Below, one piece after another: positions 58,978 to 64,000 of a DNA stretch of 64,000 nt. Origin of the DNA: an uncultured Candidatus Binatia bacterium (GTDB lineage Bacteria > Desulfobacterota > Binatia > UBA9968 > JAJDTQ01); assembly GCA_965215605.1 (NCBI GenBank), contig OZ244070.1, forward strand, positions 1,504,001-1,568,000, given 5' to 3'. Both the position numbers and the translations under genes were made by a program. Under the pieces are notes generated by a model. The model worked only from the letters and a program-made list of their open reading frames with translations, made no database searches and was not told where the DNA came from. Every line of letters begins with the position of its first letter. Within the stretch, counting starts at the first letter, position 1.

Positions 58978-59754
58978 GTGAGCTCGCTGACGGACAGGAT
59001 CGCTCTCGTCACCGGCGCCGGCCGCGGTATCGGGCGGGCCGTGGCCCTGGCGATGGCACGCGCGGGCTGCCACGTGGTTCTGGCAGCGCGGACCCGGGAG
59101 CCCCTCGAGGCGCTGGCGGCCACCATCCGCGGGTACGGACGCGAAGCCGTGCCGGTGGTCTGCGACGTCGGCTCCCGGGCGGCGGTGGACGTCCTGGAGA
59201 CCACCGCGCGCCGGGCAGGCGTGGTCCAGATCCTCGTCAACGGCGCCGGAATCGCCCCGGCCGCAAGCTTCCTGGAGATGGACGACGCGCTTCTGGAGGA
59301 GGTCATGCGGGTGAACTTCATGGGCACCTATCATTGCTGCAAGCGGTTTCTGGAACCGATGATCGGCGCCGGCTGGGGGCGCATCATCAACATCGCCTCC
59401 ACCACCGCCAAGACAGCCTATCCTCATACCGCCGCCTACACGGCATCGAAGCACGCGGTGCTGGGGCTCACGCGGGTCATGGCCCTGGAGACCGCGCGCA
59501 AGGGCGTCACCGTCAACGCCGTCTGCCCGGGCTACGTGGACACCGAGTTGACGCACGAGAACGCACGGCGCATGGCCGCCGCGATGGGAAGCACGCCAAC
59601 GGAGGTGCTGGAGCGGTTTGCCCGGACCTCGCCCCTCGGGCGGCTGATGACGGCGGCCGAGGTAGCGGACCTCGCGGTGTTGCTTGCGGGCCCGGCCGGG
59701 GATGCCGTCACCGGACAGGCCATCAACGTGGACGGCGGCGCGGTCATGTGCTGA
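58978..59754 (+). CDS. SDR family oxidoreductase (3-hydroxyacyl-CoA dehydrogenase-like)
   Basis: TGAGRGIG, NGAG, NIAS, YTASK, VCPGYVDT. Confidence 0.93.
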   Translation: MSSLTDRIALVTGAGRGIGRAVALAMARAGCHVVLAARTREPLEALAATIRGYGREAVPVVCDVGSRAAVDVLETTARRAGVVQILVNGAGIAPAASFLEMDDALLEEVMRVNFMGTYHCCKRFLEPMIGAGWGRIINIASTTAKTAYPHTAAYTASKHAVLGLTRVMALETARKGVTVNAVCPGYVDTELTHENARRMAAAMGSTPTEVLERFARTSPLGRLMTAAEVADLAVLLAGPAGDAVTGQAINVDGGAVMC

Positions 59755-59774
59755 CGGACACGGCAGTGTAACGT

Positions 59775-59802
59775 GCAGGGGCGGGTTCAAACCCGCCCCT
59801 GC
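59775..59802. repeat. GTAG-type REP-like palindrome (GCAG variant)
   Basis: GCAGGGGCGGGT-TCAA-ACCCGCCCCTGC, 12-bp perfect stem between co-oriented genes. Confidence 0.75.
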
Positions 59803-59827
59803 CCCGACGGCGCGACAGGATGACAGC

Positions 59828-60625
59828 ATGGCATACGACAGTTTCGACTACGTACTGGACGAGGGCATAGCCACCATCCGCCTCGACAACCCCGCGCAAC
59901 TCAACGCCCTGACGTTCAGAACCTACGGGGAGTTGGCGGAGTTGACCGGCTCCCTGGCCGCGGACCGCCGGGTGCACGTGCTGGTCCTCACCGGTTCCGG
60001 CAAGGGGTTCTGCTCCGGAGGGAGCGTCGACGACATCATCGGCGAGCTGTTGAAGATGGACGCGGCCGGGCTGTACCGCTTCACCCGGCTTACCTGCGAC
60101 GTGGTGCGCAACCTGCGGCTGCTGGAGAAACCGGTCATCGCCGCGGTCAACGGCATCGCCGCCGGCGCCGGCGCGGTCCTCGCCCTGGCGAGCGACTTTC
60201 GGGTGCTGTCGGAGCGTGCGAAGATGGCCTTCCTCTTCGTCAGGGTGGGGCTCGCCGGATCCGACATGGGCGCGGTCCATCTGCTGCCGCGCATCGTGGG
60301 CCTCGGACGGGCCATGGAACTGCTGTCGCTCGGCGATACCATCGACGCCGCCGAAGCCCACCGCATCGGCCTGGCCAACCGGGTGGTGCCGCACGGCGAC
60401 CTCATGACCGAGGCCCTGCGGCTGGCCCGCAGGCTCCAGGACGGTCCTCGGTACGCCATCGGAGTCACCAAGAAGCTGTTGGACGTCGAAGCCGGCATGG
60501 ACCTCGACGCCGCCCTGGAGATGGAGGCCATGACACAGGCCCATTGCATGCAGACCGCCGACTTCCGCGAAGGCTTTCACGCGTTCATGGAACGGCAGGC
60601 GCCTCGATTCAACCGGGAGTCCTAG
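59828..60625 (+). CDS. Enoyl-CoA hydratase family protein
   Basis: LNALTF..Y.EL, FCSGGSV, AAVNGIAAGAG, LFVRVGLAGSDMG. Confidence 0.92.
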   Translation: MAYDSFDYVLDEGIATIRLDNPAQLNALTFRTYGELAELTGSLAADRRVHVLVLTGSGKGFCSGGSVDDIIGELLKMDAAGLYRFTRLTCDVVRNLRLLEKPVIAAVNGIAAGAGAVLALASDFRVLSERAKMAFLFVRVGLAGSDMGAVHLLPRIVGLGRAMELLSLGDTIDAAEAHRIGLANRVVPHGDLMTEALRLARRLQDGPRYAIGVTKKLLDVEAGMDLDAALEMEAMTQAHCMQTADFREGFHAFMERQAPRFNRES

Positions 60626-60655
60626 TGTCCCGACCCACGTGGATCAGGACACTAG
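60622..60655. repeat. CTAGTGTCC-type miniature inverted-repeat element (34 bp)
   Basis: CTAGTGTCCCGACCCAC|GTGGATCAGGACACTAG, 2 mismatches; CTAG at both ends; its TAG is the stop of the hydratase gene. Confidence 0.8.
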
Positions 60656-60732
60656 ACAAGGCCGTCGGGAATCCGCCGGAATCCGGAGCGCAGTTGACAG
60701 CCATCCGCGAAAAGGAGTTCGGACTGGGTAAC

Positions 60733-61872
60733 ATGCAGGACTGGCTGACCGCGCCGCAGGTGCGGCTACGCGCGGCGTTGACGGCCTGGGCGCAGGCCGA
60801 GCTGGACGGAGCCGCCACGGACGGAGGCGACGGGGCCGCGCGCGCGGTGTTCCGGAAGCTCGCGCGGCACGGAGTCTTCCGCTACGTCGTGCCGCGCGAG
60901 TTCGGCGGCGCACGCCGCCGCGTTCAGGTGCGGGACCTGTGCGTCATCCGGGAGACCCTGGCGGGCGTGTCTCCCCTGGCGGACACCCTGTTCGCGGTGC
61001 AGGCGCTGGCCGCCTGGCCGGTGATGGCGGCGGGCACGACGGAGCAGCAGGCGGCCTGGCTCCCGGGTCTGGCCGCGGGCCGGGACATGGGGGCGTTCGC
61101 CCTGACCGAGCCCGATGCCGGCTCGGATGCGGCCGCCGCCCGGCTGCGGGCGCGCAAGCGGGACGGCGCCTACGTGCTCGACGGCGTCAAGAGCCTCATC
61201 TCCAATGCCGGCCTGGCCCATCTCTACGTGGTCTTCGGCAGCACCCACCCGGCGCGCAAGGGGAAGGGCCTCAGCGCGTTCGTGGTGGAGGCGGCGACCC
61301 CCGGCCTGGAGGTCAGGGAGCGTCTGGACCTGATTTCGCCTCATCCCATCGGCACCGTGGCGCTCGAAGGCTGTCGTGTCCCGGCCGCCCAACTCCTGGG
61401 CCAGCCCGGACAAGGTCTGGGGATCGCCCTGGGCACCCTGGAGGCGCTCCGTTGCAGCGTCGGCGCCGCCGCCACCGGCATGGCCGGGCGCGCCCTCGCC
61501 GAGGCGGTGCGCCACGCCAGACGCCGTAGCCAGTTCGGCCGCAGCCTGAGCCGCTTCCAGGCCATCCGGTTCAAGATCGCGGACATGGCCACCGAGCTCG
61601 AGGCGGCGCGGCTACTGGTCTACCAGGCCGCCCGGGCCCACGACCGGGGCGACGGCGACCTGCGCCGGAAGGCGTCCATGGCCAAGCTCTTCGCCACCGA
61701 GGCGGCCCAGCGCATCGTCGATCAGGCCCTGCAGATCCACGGCGGCCGTGGGCTGGTGGCGGGCAGCGTGATGGAGCGGCTCTACCGCGACGTGCGGGCG
61801 TTGCGCATCTACGAGGGGACCTCGGAGATCCAGAGGCTCATCGTTGCGCGTGACGTTCTGGACGGGCCATAA
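60733..61872 (+). CDS. Acyl-CoA dehydrogenase
   Basis: FALTEPDAGSD, ISNAG, R.QFG, MAKLFATE, QIHGG, RIYEGTSEIQ. Confidence 0.93.
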   Translation: MQDWLTAPQVRLRAALTAWAQAELDGAATDGGDGAARAVFRKLARHGVFRYVVPREFGGARRRVQVRDLCVIRETLAGVSPLADTLFAVQALAAWPVMAAGTTEQQAAWLPGLAAGRDMGAFALTEPDAGSDAAAARLRARKRDGAYVLDGVKSLISNAGLAHLYVVFGSTHPARKGKGLSAFVVEAATPGLEVRERLDLISPHPIGTVALEGCRVPAAQLLGQPGQGLGIALGTLEALRCSVGAAATGMAGRALAEAVRHARRRSQFGRSLSRFQAIRFKIADMATELEAARLLVYQAARAHDRGDGDLRRKASMAKLFATEAAQRIVDQALQIHGGRGLVAGSVMERLYRDVRALRIYEGTSEIQRLIVARDVLDGP

Positions 61873-61896
61873 TGGCTGTTCTCCACTGGAGGAACC

Positions 61897-63063
61897 ATGG
61901 ATTTCGAGCTCTCGGATGAACTGCTCGCGGTCAGGGAGTTGGGCCGCGAGTTCGCGGAGAAGGAGATCGCCCCGACCGCGGCGGAAGACGACCGGAACCA
62001 TCACTTCCGCCGGGAAACCTTCGAGAAGATGGGCCGGTTGGGCTTCTTCGGCTGCGTCGTTCCCGAGGCCTACGGCGGCACCGGCCTCGGCTATCTGGCG
62101 ATGGTGCTGCTCACGGAAGAGGTCGCCCGTGTGCACAGCTCGGTCCGGGTGCACGTCAACACCCAGATGGCCCCCTCGGTGACCCTGGCGCGGTTCGGCA
62201 CCGAGGAGCAGAAACGCCGCTGGATCCCGGCCTTGGTGGATGCCTCGCGCATCGGCTGTTTCGCCATCACCGAACCTGACGCCGGCTCGGACGTGGCCTC
62301 CATGTCTACCCGGGCTACCCGGACGAACGGGGGCTATGTCCTGAAGGGCACCAAGGTCTGGATCTCCAATGCGCCCATCGCCGACTGGGCGCTGGTCTAC
62401 GCCGTAACCGACCGGGACGCCGGGCGCCGCGGACTGTCGGCCTTCATGGTGGAGCTGGACGGCGCCGGCGTCGGCCGCGGCACCCTGGACAAGATGGGGG
62501 CGCTGGCCTCGCCCACGGGCACCCTGGATTTCGACGATGTGCCGGTGCCAGCCGCACAACGCATCGGCGCCGAGGGCCAGGGTTTCGCCATGTGCATGTG
62601 GCAACTCAACCAGACGCGTTTGAGCTGCGCCGCCGGTGCCCTGGGGGTGGCCCGGGCGGCCCGGGAGGCGGCCGTGGCCTATGCCAACCAGCGCCGGCAG
62701 TTCGGACGGGAGATCGGACGTTTCCAGATGGTCCAGGACAGTCTGGCCCGGATGATCGTGGAGGAAGAATCCGCGCGCTTGCTGGTGTACCGGGCGGCCC
62801 GCCTCGCCGACCGCGGGCAACCCAACAACCTGGAGGTCTCCATGGCGAAGTACGCCGCCGCGGAGGCCGCGGCCCATGCGGCCGACGAAGCCTTCAAGAT
62901 CCTCGGCGCCTACGGATACTCCACGGAGTTCCCCGTGGAGCGTTACCTGCGGGACGCAAAATCCTATCAGATCGTGGAGGGCTCCTCGAACATCCACAAG
63001 CTGATTATCGCCCAGGACGCACTGGGGTATCGGAAGGCCAATCGCTCGACGGAGCAGCCTTGA
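61897..63063 (+). CDS. Acyl-CoA dehydrogenase, glutaryl-CoA dehydrogenase (non-decarboxylating)-like
   Basis: ITEPDAGSD, ASPTG, TRLSCAAG, GAYGYSTE, IVEGSSNI, C-terminal RKANR. Confidence 0.85.
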   Translation: MDFELSDELLAVRELGREFAEKEIAPTAAEDDRNHHFRRETFEKMGRLGFFGCVVPEAYGGTGLGYLAMVLLTEEVARVHSSVRVHVNTQMAPSVTLARFGTEEQKRRWIPALVDASRIGCFAITEPDAGSDVASMSTRATRTNGGYVLKGTKVWISNAPIADWALVYAVTDRDAGRRGLSAFMVELDGAGVGRGTLDKMGALASPTGTLDFDDVPVPAAQRIGAEGQGFAMCMWQLNQTRLSCAAGALGVARAAREAAVAYANQRRQFGREIGRFQMVQDSLARMIVEEESARLLVYRAARLADRGQPNNLEVSMAKYAAAEAAAHAADEAFKILGAYGYSTEFPVERYLRDAKSYQIVEGSSNIHKLIIAQDALGYRKANRSTEQP

Positions 63064-63163
63064 TCCGGGCCGGGCAAGCGCTCTTTTGCCGTTTTGCTGT
63101 TTTTCGTTTTCGTATCAGGCGTTTTATGTATTAATATAGTCCTGTGTGACTGATCCTGTCTCC

Positions 63164-64000
63164 ATGTTAGCCGTAGCGCATCATGCAGCGTCCGGCGGCG
63201 CCCGGGTATTTTCGCGACTCGGGTCGCTGCTCGTGTGCCTGCCACTCATCCTCACCGCCGGCATTACACGGGCCGACGACTTGCAGCCCTCCGTCGACCC
63301 GGGCGGAGCAGCGGCAGCCTTGGAAACGAGCGAATGGCGCGTGTCCAAGCGAGTCGCGGGGAGCGAGACGCTGCCCCAACTGCTGGAGAAATTCGGGGTC
63401 TCCCCGCAGAACCGGAGACTCTGGCTCAAGGCCGTCGCCAAACAGATCGGCATAGCCAGAATCCTCAACGACGGGGACGACGTCCACTTCTACTTCAAGG
63501 ACCCGCCGTGGGCCTCTCGCGGCCGTGGCGACCTGACCGGCCTTCGGATCGAGCGCGCCGGCTCGAACCCCAAATTCTGGCAAGTCCGCCACGGCCAGAT
63601 CGTCTACCACAGAACAGCAACTGCCCGGCCTGCGGTGGCCGCCGCGCCTGCCGTGGCTCCCGCCAAGGCCGCCGCGAAGACGCCGGCGAAGAGGATCGCC
63701 AAGGCTCCGGCGAAGAAGGTTGCCAAAACGCCGGCGAATGCTTCCTCGCCGGTCGAGCCGGTGACCCACGTCCTTCGGAAGGGGGAAACTCTCGGCCGCG
63801 TGCTGCGGGCCAAGGGAATCTCCTGGAACGCGGCGCAGCCCTGGATCCTGGCCGTCGGCAAACAGTACTCGCTGAAGCGGCTCTATCCCGGGAAGAAGAT
63901 CGTCCTCCACTTCGTTTCCCGAAGCGGAAGCCGGCCAACTCTCGCAGCGTTGAAGATCGAGTCGAGAGGCGGGAACCTGCTGACATGGCAACGGACCGGC
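63164..64000 (+). CDS. 5' part of an exported protein with duplicated LysM/OapA-like modules, probably an M23 peptidase; truncated by window edge
   Basis: Not in ORF track. Open from ATG 63164 to the window end; hydrophobic N-segment; modules SETLPQLLEKFGV..W and GETLGRVLRAKGI..W joined by an AKTPAK-type linker. Confidence 0.6.
   Translation, partial: MLAVAHHAASGGARVFSRLGSLLVCLPLILTAGITRADDLQPSVDPGGAAAALETSEWRVSKRVAGSETLPQLLEKFGVSPQNRRLWLKAVAKQIGIARILNDGDDVHFYFKDPPWASRGRGDLTGLRIERAGSNPKFWQVRHGQIVYHRTATARPAVAAAPAVAPAKAAAKTPAKRIAKAPAKKVAKTPANASSPVEPVTHVLRKGETLGRVLRAKGISWNAAQPWILAVGKQYSLKRLYPGKKIVLHFVSRSGSRPTLAALKIESRGGNLLTWQRTG

Noticed and set aside
5046-60732. N-terminally extended ORF-track starts (5046, 7729, 9284, 15424, 17722, 21832, 23885, 27780, 31968, 40120, 45182, 45570, 52656, 53090, 58803, 59684, 60544)
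   Set aside because: Extensions are low-complexity or overlap upstream genes; downstream starts have an RBS or stop-start coupling and match family N-termini.
99-63991. Many long antisense or alternate-frame ORFs (e.g. 2446..3945-, 12002..14098-, 35104..36948-, 40172..42430+, 48622..51084+)
   Set aside because: Shadow ORFs expected from high-GC codon bias; they overlap well-supported genes and show no motifs.
63167-63991. Minus-strand 274-aa ORF at the window end
   Set aside because: Antisense to the more plausible + strand ORF starting at 63164.

Overview
High-GC bacterial chromosomal window of about 55 genes, dominated by catabolism of aromatic and N-heterocyclic compounds and by transport. 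It encodes a CoxMSL-type Mo-hydroxylase coupled to a ferritin-like protein, UbiD, an enamidase-like amidohydrolase, an LLM oxidoreductase, a Rieske dioxygenase alpha/beta pair, Pht5-like proteins, a beta-oxidation cluster with a non-decarboxylating glutaryl-CoA dehydrogenase-like enzyme, Liv, Aap and Mod ABC systems, an isoprenoid/squalene cluster (dxs, ispH, hpnCDE) around an outer-membrane sorting/beta-barrel pair, bamD and a TolC-family gene. Two visibly lower-GC inserts stand out. The first (about 4.85-9.19 kb) is a translationally coupled two-gene operon of a PHP + ABC/SMC-type ATPase (Ppl-like) and a Schlafen/AlbA_2 + HATPase_c_4 protein, and is the best candidate for an undescribed anti-phage system. 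The second (about 44.3-45.6 kb) is a Cys-rich HicA/HicB-like toxin-antitoxin pair. Other items of interest are a bicupin + EutA-like pair without eutBC, several enzymes with altered catalytic residues, and small palindromic elements (CGTC- and GTAG-type REPs, and CTAGTGTCC elements that supply stop codons). No rRNA, tRNA, CRISPR array or intact transposase/integrase was seen. All family calls come from motif recognition by eye, not database searches.
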